NCBI GenBank assembly: GCA_001599295.1
Contig: BCGN01000011.1
Span: 310,001 to 374,000, forward strand
DNA: 64,000 nt
Direction of reading: 5' to 3'
Origin: Sporopachydermia quercuum
Lineage: Eukaryota
The notes under the pieces were generated by a model that saw only the letters and a program-made list of their open reading frames with translations, was not told the DNA's origin and made no database searches. Positions 22,283 through 32,100 of the stretch are shown in pieces. The first letter of the stretch is position 1. The number at the start of each line of letters is the position of its first letter. Both the position numbers and the translations under genes were made by a program.

Positions 22283-25200
22283 CTACCACTCATCAATCTT
22301 TTTGGGACGCATTTCACTGAATCTCGTCTGTTTTATACTTCTTTCATATTTACGTGTGGCTACTCGAATTAACTTCTCCTTCATACGTTCCGCGTTGTTT
22401 GCAGACCATGTGCCTTCAACTGCAGTAAATAACAACACTCTCCCACGACTATACTTTCTTCTATCCACACTACGACATGAGTTTGGAAACTGAGAATAAA
22501 TGTCACGGAGAATCTCTGGAACAGTCTCATCCTCTTTCATCATAGATATCCGTGATTTGATGTAACTCTCAATACCCTGCGTCAATCTTTTATGAGTTTC
22601 AGGAAGTAAGTAATACTTTGGTATAACAATAGGGATCTTCTTGTCATCGGTATGTTCATCTTCAAATATATCTCTAAGAGGGACCTTTTTATATCCTAAA
22701 GTCTTTGACTTTTTATTCTTTTCAGACGCTTCTTTGAAGGAGTCATATCTGTCCATAACACTTTCTCTTCTTCTATAGTCATGATTTGTATCAGGTCTAT
22801 GATACCTATCAGACGTATCAGGCCCATTTGACCTATCGGAGCTATTAGACGTATCATATCTACCACTAGTATTCGTGCTAGTGCTAGGCACAGGATAACG
22901 AGCCAAGCCATCGAAAACGTCTCCACCAGCATCAATATCAGCATTAGCAGGAGAATCTTCACGATCATCTCTGACCATAGCATCTCTTCTCTTCATATTC
23001 TCAATGTCATCCCCTTCTTCTTCTTCAGGAATGTAAGAATATTCATCCTCAGCAAGATCANCAAAAGGGGCAGTATCACCATCAGGATCATCACCAGTGT
23101 GTACTTCCGTAGCAGCATACTTCTGCGCTTTTTCATTTGCCTCAAGTTCCTCCTTAGCTAATCTTTGAGCGTAGAGTCTATGCTGCAATATGTCATAACC
23201 TTTCACCAGCCGTTTTTCAGCAAGTTGCAATCCATCTAATCGTGTTTCACGACTTCCAATCAAACTACAAACCATGCAGTTGACATTCTCATTGGTAAGC
23301 TCAAACCCGAGCGTTTCATATTCTTTTGCCAAAGGAAGTATGGCAGCATGTTCATTATCCTGGGTTAGCTGATTTATTTTGTAGTTAAAACACTGTGCTA
23401 AATCTTTTTTATGGAAAGGATCGATTCTTATTTTTCCATTGGGTTCCCCCAGAACTTTCCTCATGCCTCTTTTACAAACCAACGAGTATAAAATCTCCCA
23501 TAAGGTTGCCACGTTATAATGGTTACCATTCGATCCTTCCAGAACAATCATGGTCTTCAGCAGAGAGATGCTCATCTCGGAAGCAACCCCAGTAACGCTA
23601 ACATACTTTTCAATCAAATCATAAATAACACCGCCATTGAATTCCACAACTTTCTCAGTTCTGGCAAACGAGCCAATTATATGTGGAGGAGTTATGTATC
23701 TCGGCATGAATGTTGATCTCGGGTCTATCTTGTTCTCCTTGACTAGCAAGGGTTCAGTAAAATCTTTGATCCAAGCAGTGACATCATCATGATCAACATA
23801 TCTCATGACATATGCTTTAATGACCAAAGACAATGCATAATATGGGATATCTTGGAACATTTCCACCATTTCATTGAAAATAGCTATGGAACGACCATAT
23901 TCCCGACGGTGATTATAATGTCTCATTACAGCAATATAATGGGCCGCTTCTGGTTTCACCAACGACGATTTCCTCCGCAGCTTGGAAAACACTATTTCCA
24001 ATTCTGAGCTATTACCAATAGCAGAGTGATAATCTATTAATGCAGTGATCCATTTAGAATCGATTGTCAGGTCGCTCCTGCCAGAATTTACTTCCTCTAT
24101 AATTCCTTGACCTCTTACAGTATCACGATTATAACTAGCAGCTTTCAATAATATAGTGTAAGTTGCAATAGTTGGCGATACTCCTTTGAAAACCATTTCT
24201 TTATATGCTGCCCAAACTGCAGGGATCTCAAACGATCTCGCCAGAGCATTCAACAGGCTATTATAGACCGATGCATCGTATATGACGTCCGAGTACTCGT
24301 AGGCTTTGAAAACCTCAAGCGCCTTCTCAGCATTGCGTTGCTGCGCGCATAGAGCTAAAACACAGCCAACCATTCGTGTCTCGATCATGTTCGAGGCCGA
24401 GCTATGGATGTTTTCCAGTAAAGCGATTGATCCTGGTATATCGTTACAGTCCCGCATAGCTTGTAAAAGAATATATAAAGTGTCTTTATCAGGAACGATA
24501 TCATAGGACTTCATCTTGACAAACCAACGAATAACATCGGCTGTGTCACCTCTGAAACGATACGTTTCCATCATAATGCGTATAATGTCCAGGCTCAAAG
24601 GACATTTATGTTCTTCAATTTTCGACACCAACATTTCCATATACTTCACTTTTTGGACCGTCGATAGATCAAGTAGTATGGACATAGTAGCTCGGGCCAA
24701 NTGTTCAGGAAGAGGCTCTCCGCGCCGTAAACCAGTCATAACACGATCAAGCATCTTCTTAGCGACTTCTTCGTTATCGACTCTGGCTCCACCTTGAAAT
24801 AAGTAGTTTAATTGGATATTCTCATATAGTTCTGGATGCTTGTTGAACAATTCCATGGCTTCTGCTGCTCGGCCCTCGGCACAATATGCTAGTATTACCG
24901 AAGAGAAACACTGGGAATCCTTCGGCACATTAGGAGTTTGTTCCCATATCAAGACAACAATGTCAAATTTGTTCAATAGATCCAATTGAGCAATCATAAA
25001 CGATACTATCTCAACTAATATGGTTTCAATATTGAAATCCTCATTTTCCTTCAGCTCTTGGAGATATCCTTGCATATCCTCTTTCTGAACAAGTTCAAGA
25101 ATAGGTACGAGAGTCCTGAACTTGTAACGTAGTAAACCATCCATCTCACTGTCACTAGGTTTAGGCGAATGGTATGTAAATATCGTCCAGAGCATGAGAG

Positions 25201-26515
25201 CATCTTTATAGTTACATTTCCTGTTGTATTCTTTGATGGCAGCCTGCAAACATATAACAGACATTTCATAGCCATAAGTAGCAAACACTCTCGAGGAAAG
25301 AATATTCGAGACTTGTAAGAGTGGGACATCAACTATAACAGCGGACCTAATGAATAGAGGGAACCAACGGGAACCAGGTTTGGGAACTGATGATTCAAAA
25401 CTAAAAAGCCGGAAGATGGCTTCCCAGAACTCATAGTAATGAATATGGTAACCATATAAACCAGATGGAGATGATATCCAGGCGTCAATTTCTTTATTCT
25501 CAAGTGTTTGAACAAGAATCTCAATCGCATTACTTTTCTCATCACCAGAAAGCGTTTGAATATAGAATATAGCTGATTTGAAATCTCTAACCAGTTTAGA
25601 TATTGAAGCCCAAGAACTTCGCGAGGGTCTTGATGTTAAATCATGAAGAAAATGATTCAATCCTTCATTAGGTGTAGTGAAAACAGGTTCGTTGGAGTAA
25701 TTTTGCTCATCCTCTGTTTTGATTCTTTTGTCTTCGCAATAATGAAACTTCTTCATTCTTCTTCTTCTTCGTTCGTAATCATTATAGAAATCTAGCTCTT
25801 TTTTCTCGCTTGCACTTAGTGTAGTTTTTGATTTCTGCTGTCCTTTTGGTTTCTTCTCCGGCGTTGGTTGCGGCACAATCATATGATTATCATCGCCATA
25901 TCCTAGATCCACGAATTCAAATGGATGGCTTTCAATTTGCTTGAGGTGAAAGCTTTCAGGTGGTTTACTTGAACTTTTGTTGCCTTTGGATGATGATTTC
26001 TTTTCACCTGCTACTTTCCGACTATTAGCCGGTTCATTTTCTGTGCTGACAGTTGGTTTATAGACTGCTTCGTTTTTCGAATGATCCAGGGATTCACTTT
26101 CCCCGTCATTTTGAGGATCTTCTGTTGAATCCGGTTTCCTTCTGTTTTTACTTGTCGTAGAGAAAGATCTCCGAACTGTCGGACATTTTTCAAATATTGC
26201 TGTGCTTTTGAGATCTGTTATTAATGCTGTGGAAAATAACTCTGGGAACTGTCTATCAAATAATCTTCTTCTGTTGACTGTGCTACGACTACCATTGAAA
26301 CTCCTTTGCCTACTACTAGTACTGCTAGTCCTGGTACAAGAGCTGAACCTTCGAAGTGAAACATTAGGACCTGATGTTTTCAGTAAGCAATTTGACAGGC
26401 TCAACAATCGACAGGTTGAGTTTTCCATCTTATAACTCACCAGCCTGCTCATACATAATCCTTGATAGTCTCTTTGTCTTCTCAGTAATGAAGAGCCCGA
26501 GGAATTCAATCCCAT
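22283..26515 (-). CDS. PET309: Mitochondrial pentatricopeptide-repeat protein, Pet309-like (COX1 mRNA factor)
   Basis: PPR-type repeats (YNSLLNALAR..M..KGVSPTIATYTILL; YDIVPDKDTLYILL); Arg/Ser-rich presequence-like N-terminus; lies between SPC3 and FYV7 as PET309 does in S. cerevisiae. Start placed at the first ATG and is uncertain. Confidence 0.78.
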   Translation of the reverse strand: MGLNSSGSSLLRRQRDYQGLCMSRLVSYKMENSTCRLLSLSNCLLKTSGPNVSLRRFSSCTRTSSTSSRQRSFNGSRSTVNRRRLFDRQFPELFSTALITDLKSTAIFEKCPTVRRSFSTTSKNRRKPDSTEDPQNDGESESLDHSKNEAVYKPTVSTENEPANSRKVAGEKKSSSKGNKSSSKPPESFHLKQIESHPFEFVDLGYGDDNHMIVPQPTPEKKPKGQQKSKTTLSASEKKELDFYNDYERRRRRMKKFHYCEDKRIKTEDEQNYSNEPVFTTPNEGLNHFLHDLTSRPSRSSWASISKLVRDFKSAIFYIQTLSGDEKSNAIEILVQTLENKEIDAWISSPSGLYGYHIHYYEFWEAIFRLFSFESSVPKPGSRWFPLFIRSAVIVDVPLLQVSNILSSRVFATYGYEMSVICLQAAIKEYNRKCNYKDALMLWTIFTYHSPKPSDSEMDGLLRYKFRTLVPILELVQKEDMQGYLQELKENEDFNIETILVEIVSFMIAQLDLLNKFDIVVLIWEQTPNVPKDSQCFSSVILAYCAEGRAAEAMELFNKHPELYENIQLNYLFQGGARVDNEEVAKKMLDRVMTGLRRGEPLPEXLARATMSILLDLSTVQKVKYMEMLVSKIEEHKCPLSLDIIRIMMETYRFRGDTADVIRWFVKMKSYDIVPDKDTLYILLQAMRDCNDIPGSIALLENIHSSASNMIETRMVGCVLALCAQQRNAEKALEVFKAYEYSDVIYDASVYNSLLNALARSFEIPAVWAAYKEMVFKGVSPTIATYTILLKAASYNRDTVRGQGIIEEVNSGRSDLTIDSKWITALIDYHSAIGNSSELEIVFSKLRRKSSLVKPEAAHYIAVMRHYNHRREYGRSIAIFNEMVEMFQDIPYYALSLVIKAYVMRYVDHDDVTAWIKDFTEPLLVKENKIDPRSTFMPRYITPPHIIGSFARTEKVVEFNGGVIYDLIEKYVSVTGVASEMSISLLKTMIVLEGSNGNHYNVATLWEILYSLVCKRGMRKVLGEPNGKIRIDPFHKKDLAQCFNYKINQLTQDNEHAAILPLAKEYETLGFELTNENVNCMVCSLIGSRETRLDGLQLAEKRLVKGYDILQHRLYAQRLAKEELEANEKAQKYAATEVHTGDDPDGDTAPFXDLAEDEYSYIPEEEEGDDIENMKRRDAMVRDDREDSPANADIDAGGDVFDGLARYPVPSTSTNTSGRYDTSNSSDRSNGPDTSDRYHRPDTNHDYRRRESVMDRYDSFKEASEKNKKSKTLGYKKVPLRDIFEDEHTDDKKIPIVIPKYYLLPETHKRLTQGIESYIKSRISMMKEDETVPEILRDIYSQFPNSCRSVDRRKYSRGRVLLFTAVEGTWSANNAERMKEKLIRVATRKYERSIKQTRFSEMRPKKIDEW

Positions 26516-27907
26516 TCTGTATTTAACTGGTGTCAAATAGTATGAATGGGATCAGATTTCCAATGAAGTCTCTTTCTTAATATTTAATGCTGAAGAAATT
26601 CAACCTATATCGAAAAGTTGAGCGGCTCCAACAATAACAGCATCAAAATGTAAACATTTGTTAGCCAATAAAGGACTCCAGAGGTATATGTTATGTTTTC
26701 TGTGGAAAGGAATATTTTCTCTTCAGATTCTCCAGAACAATGAACATTAATGACCAGGAAATGCAAGAATTAAATGAGTTCGACTAGATCTGTAGAGATG
26801 ATAATGAAGAGACAAATCTTATTCAATTAGGACGATAGAATTTCTTAGTTTGCAGTTGATTTATGGTCATCGATTTATTCCTTTCCTCTGGTTCATTGAG
26901 TATCAGGAAAAATTTATAGTAGAAACTCAGAGTGAAAAATCGGGCAATTCGCTTGGGTTTAGAGTTTAGGTTTATGCAATATTTGAATGGAATGCATACA
27001 ATATGCAGAGAAGCATAGCATCAAGGACTAGCAATGTAAAAAGGAAGAGGATCGAAGAAGAAAGAAGGTATATAACTTGAATNTGATAATAGTGGCAAAA
27101 ATGNCATTATTTTTTGTGAATTATGTGGATGATCTATCTCATAAGTAGCTGTTATATAGATGATGAGTGTAGTATTCCTAAATGCAAACATATGTAACTA
27201 TATGTATCAATATGCACTAGCACCAGAAGTAACTCAAAATGGAAACTATTTCACGTGATGACTATTAGAACAATTGAACACTGATATAAACAGCGGGAGA
27301 TAAATTCTCGCAGAAACATAACAAAACGACTACTAACATTATAACTTTGGATAGAATTCTTATCTCCCTTTGTTTCTTTTAATTCTCTGAACATATATGC
27401 GTACCTTTCTCACTCTCACCATTGGGTTCGCTGTCAGATGATGTTTTCTTAACTTCAAATCTCATTTCGCTCTACCAAACGTCACATCTCTTTCCACACA
27501 AACTGGAAACGATATCAAATGTCAAAACCTCCGCTATTATATCTTCTCCTTTATCCAAATGGGGTCTGTGAAAAGTTTCTTTATTATGTGAAAATCACAG
27601 AGATCCTTTATCTCTCTGTTGTCGTTATGCCTTCGTTTCTCATTATCTTCTGTGAAAAATCATCATTTACTTAGTTGATAATCATTTTATCAGTCTAGTT
27701 GGAATATAAATAGAACATTGATATAAGAGATTTGGGGTTTGATCTTTGTTTTACACCAAGATAAGAGTTCTGCAGTCTTAGATATCTAGATTTCTATATC
27801 ACCCTTCATCAAAGACAGTTCAGCTGAGTTCAGTACAGTAGCCTAATCAGAAACAACAACAACTTCAACAATAGAATTTTCTGTTATTTCCTGAGAACAG
27901 CATCAAA

Positions 27908-28669
27908 ATGGGACCAAATTATAAACCAAACTTCAAGCAGAACAACGGTAAATTCGGCCGTAATAAGAAAACTATTGCAACTACTCATGCTGCTAGATGT
28001 ATGTTAGAACTGTATTCAAGTTTGCACTGTAATTTTGATTTTCCCATCAAATAAAACTAACAGCTCTTCTAGCTGAAGAAATTAGGAAGTCTCTAATAAG
28101 AAGAGCGCGAATTAGAAAGAATTATTTCAAAGAAGTAGCCAAAGAAGGGGCACATGAGAATGATGATAATGACATTCACGACAATGGAATATCAGCAGAA
28201 CAAACATCAAATGAGAGAACTCACAGAGGCAGAAATGAATATAATAATAGAGCAAAGAAAGTAAGTATTAATACATGAAACAACAAAGTCTATTGTATTT
28301 TGATTCTGGTTCTAGCCTATTGTATGTAGACCTGGTATTCATAGAATTCCTGATAGCTATTTGGGCCATCGTCATGATCTATATTACGTATATTACATAT
28401 CATTACAAGTGACAGAGTACTAACAATCAAACTAGCCACTCACATATCAAGACAAGTTAGCAAAAATCTCCAAGAGGAAAGAAGAAGAGAAACTTGAAAT
28501 AATCAGAAAGAAGAAGGAGAAACTTGAAAAGGTGAAAGAATATGAAGACAAACGGAAGCTATTAACGGAAAGATTCAGCAAGAAAACCGATAAAGGTCAA
28601 CCATTGATGGGACCAAGGATTAATAGTCTGTTGGATAAAATAAAGAGCAACCGTGATGTCTATAAATAA
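27908..28669 (+). CDS. FYV7: rRNA-processing protein Fyv7; exons 27908-27998, 28073-28260, 28436-28669; absent from the ORF track
   Basis: Two introns (GTATGT..ACTAAC..TAG and GTAAGT..TACTAAC..TAG) give EIRKSLIRRARIRKNYFK..EG and the C-terminal signature TDKGQPLMGPRINSLLDKIK. Confidence 0.93.
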
Positions 28670-29102
28670 AAAATGGGGTTTACTATGGTGTCAGTTAATT
28701 TCGTATAAGCAATAGTCTTCTGGGCAAAGAATATGATGAAGTGTTGAAAAAGAGTCAGTGAGATAAATGCTGATTGTTATTATGGTGATAGATACTATAC
28801 TATTGGTAGAGCAAATGCGTTGTATATTAAAATCAAACAGTGAAGTGGAAAAATATTGAGTGTTAGAGGAGTAGAAATGATGAGGTGCTAGAATGGCTTT
28901 TGTTCATGATATCAAGCGACTCAATTGATATTTCAACTGTTCAGCTGGAAAAAGATTGTCAACTTTAATTTATTATTGGCATTCGTATACTACAAAACTA
29001 CTACATGTCTGTTTATACTTGAAACTCATCAGCTGTACGATTATAATTGCAATTCAACGTTATTCATTGTTCATGCATCATGATGTAACTATTTTCTACT
29101 TA

Positions 29103-32100
29103 TTAGAGAAATACCGATTCAGTCAGTGGAAGGCAGTTCTCTTGAATTCCTCCATCAAGAACTACATTTCTGTTCCATCTTATCAAACTAAACCATGAAG
29201 CATCTCTCAATGAATCATCCTCATGTTGAGAATCCAATCTGTACAACTCCTCACTCGGACTTAACCCAGTAACATATGAATACCATCCAATATACAGGCC
29301 AGTGAACATTTTCACTTCTCCACTAATACTAACAGTAATAAACCTAACAAATAGGTCATCACTTTCTTCCAGCTTGGCCACTCGTTTGTTCAACGTATCC
29401 ATTATATGTTTCCCTTTTGAATTATCATTGTTATAATACTTACTTCTAGTATTGACAAAATTATATCTATCAAACCATGGAGGTAAGAATCTTCCTTTAC
29501 CAATTCGATTCAAGCCATTTGATTGGGAAAGAAATAGAGTCTGTAGAGTAAATGTATTGTTATCATCACTGTAAGTACTCAGTCCAATAACCGAGCCTTG
29601 AATGTCTGATACTAATGTGACATTGTTTTGATGAACAGCATTAATAACACTTCTTGGAACAGCATCACTAAAGACTGTATTGAATGATTTTTCTTTATAA
29701 TTTGGCGTTAAGACTTTGACTGAATCTGTTTTAGTTCCCACGTAGATCATATTGGAATCAGCATCAATGGAAAGAATGATACTATTTAGTTTTTTCTTTG
29801 CTACAATTTTAACTCTATATTTGTTAGTAGTTAATTAGGCAGTTAGGTGGTTAGGTAGTTAGGTATTAAATGAATTCATATGATGCCAACAGGATGTTGA
29901 CAGAACATCAATAGTGCATAATACTTACGCATGGACTTCGAAATCAATTACGGCTAAGATTAGTTCTCTCCCACTTGAAAAGACAAAAGAGCTGTGTGAT
30001 GTTAGTATCATGTCCTAATATGGTGATCTTGGTGCGATTTGCAATGACAACAGTTATATTAGCAATACTCAAAAATGCAACAACAATTAGAACAACAATT
30101 AGAACAGCCACTCTCATAGCCATTCTCATAGAAATTATCACAGCAACAGCAGTAATAATTTCGATTATTCCCTTATAAGCATGTTATAGTTAGCAGCTTT
30201 ACTTACCTTTCATCGTATCTTTTAATAGACAAAATAGGGTTATCAGTTTTCAATTCGAATTCTTTTCTAATAACTAAAACAACCCTTCCTTCTTTTCCTT
30301 TCGCCTTTCCGCTGTCGCTTTCTCCTTCTTGCATTTCTTCCTTTCTTTTGACTATTTCAATAACACTTAGGCGACTACTAGTGCTGGAAACAGCAGTTTT
30401 CTTATCATTGGTTTTAGTAGTAGTATTGACAGAAGAGCCGGCGAGAATCAAGTTGTAGTATTTATTCTTGATTGCATTATTACCAATGGTTTTACCAAGT
30501 CCTGAGAATTCACATAATGATGTTATTACTTCATTTGAGTGGAATGCCTTTTCCATGTCAGATTTATTCGGTTGGGTATCTTTAGTTATGTTTTTATATC
30601 TATAATTATGTTAGTAAGTGTATAACCTGTAGATAGTTGATCTGATAGATATGATAAATATGATAAATATGATAAATATGATAAATATGATGGACACGAT
30701 CGACATATATGCTATATCACCAGAATGGATATAGCATAACAGCATAACACTATGAAGTTCTATAACCTATCTTCTATCTTTTTATTCTATCATTTATGAT
30801 ACTATCAACACAACAATGTAGAGATAATCTTACTTTTTCCTGTCAACAAGAACAAAAGGATTCTCATCACCATGCCTAATTATTGATACAAAGAAAATAT
30901 TTAGTTTTTCCATGAAAACCATCTTCTTTGGTGTCTGCAAAAGCTCGTTAGTATAATCAGTTATTTGTATCCTAAAGGGCAAGTTGATAATGATAGTATT
31001 GTATTCAGTAATAGCAGCAATAGAAAAATAACATAATATCATAGTAATATTAACATGGTATCATAGGAGATAATACCATAGTAGAACACAGAACAGTTGA
31101 AGGGGACCATTATTTGGAATCTATTTTCACAGATTCTATGCTAGCTTGATCAACAGTCGTATAAAAGAATGAGAACAGAAATAATCATCCTTACAGATAA
31201 CTCCATAAAGAGAAAAGATACATCAGTTCTTTCAAAAGTCCACAGATAGATTCTGCACATCTAAGCATACTGCCGTAGTTCAGCTACCAATAGTGTAATC
31301 ATACTTATATCACAGTACTATCAGCAGCAACACTATCATCAATCAGCATGCACCTTTAGCATTTCCAACTCTTTGAAACCGAACAATACTTACATATCCG
31401 ATTCTTACCCTTCTGGTGAAAGACTGCTTATAAATAGGTATGGTTGAAATATGAATTGAATTACTTCTTAAGACTGCAAAACAATTCTCATGGCTATTGA
31501 TAAAATTACCAATTACAGCTAAGTCGTCAACCATATTATCAACTTTATCATCATTGAAATAGAGCCGTTGCAGATTATTCATTTTCAAGTTGATATCCTG
31601 GTTGAAATAGTCAAATATCCAGAAATGGGTTGTTTTGATTATAATTGTATGGTCGATATCATTCTTGGTGAAAGTTATGGGGGAATTGCTTATTTTCAGT
31701 TCGAATAAATCGTTGAAGATTATCGCATTTCCCTTGGTTGCTTTCGGGTTATGAACGTTCACAATGGAACTTGGTTTGGATGGTTCTATTACTGTTTTCA
31801 GGATCCTCAGTTTGCCTGTTCTTTCACCAATCATAAGGTATAATTCCTTGTCGTAACCATAGAAGAACAAAGCGTCATTAATGGGTAGTTTAGTATCAGG
31901 ATTTGAATAATCAAGTAAGGATATGGCTAGTTAAAGTTAGTGAATGCTTTTGAATTTGATTGATGTTCCATTAATTGAGCGGAAAGTGGTATTTGCTCGG
32001 CTATTGTTTCATTCGCATGTCTTTACTTACATTGCAAAACAGAAAAAAGTTTGATTTTATGGGATTCAACTTGAAAAACGAGTAGATCTCCGTTGAAGCA

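Noticed and set aside
21792..22493. 233-aa + strand ORF after SPC3
   Set aside because: Runs through a (GCAATA)n microsatellite and overlaps the PET309 3' end antisense; no family features.
27167..27176. GTGTAGTA (U2-like), also AGAGAAGATT near 39814 (U6-like) and ACTTACC near 62562 (U1-like)
   Set aside because: Isolated short matches without the flanking conserved snRNA sequence.
30172..30206. 35-nt mini-intron (GTAAGT..GCTAAC..AAG) at the start of MMS1 intron 5
   Set aside because: Donor-to-branch distance of about 12 nt is too short; the 215-nt intron has a better branch and acceptor and restores the frame.
31278..31342. TGATGA..CTGA in MMS1 intron 3 with partial resemblance to an 18S complement
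   Set aside because: The putative guide has a mismatch and an indel and there is no clear terminal stem.
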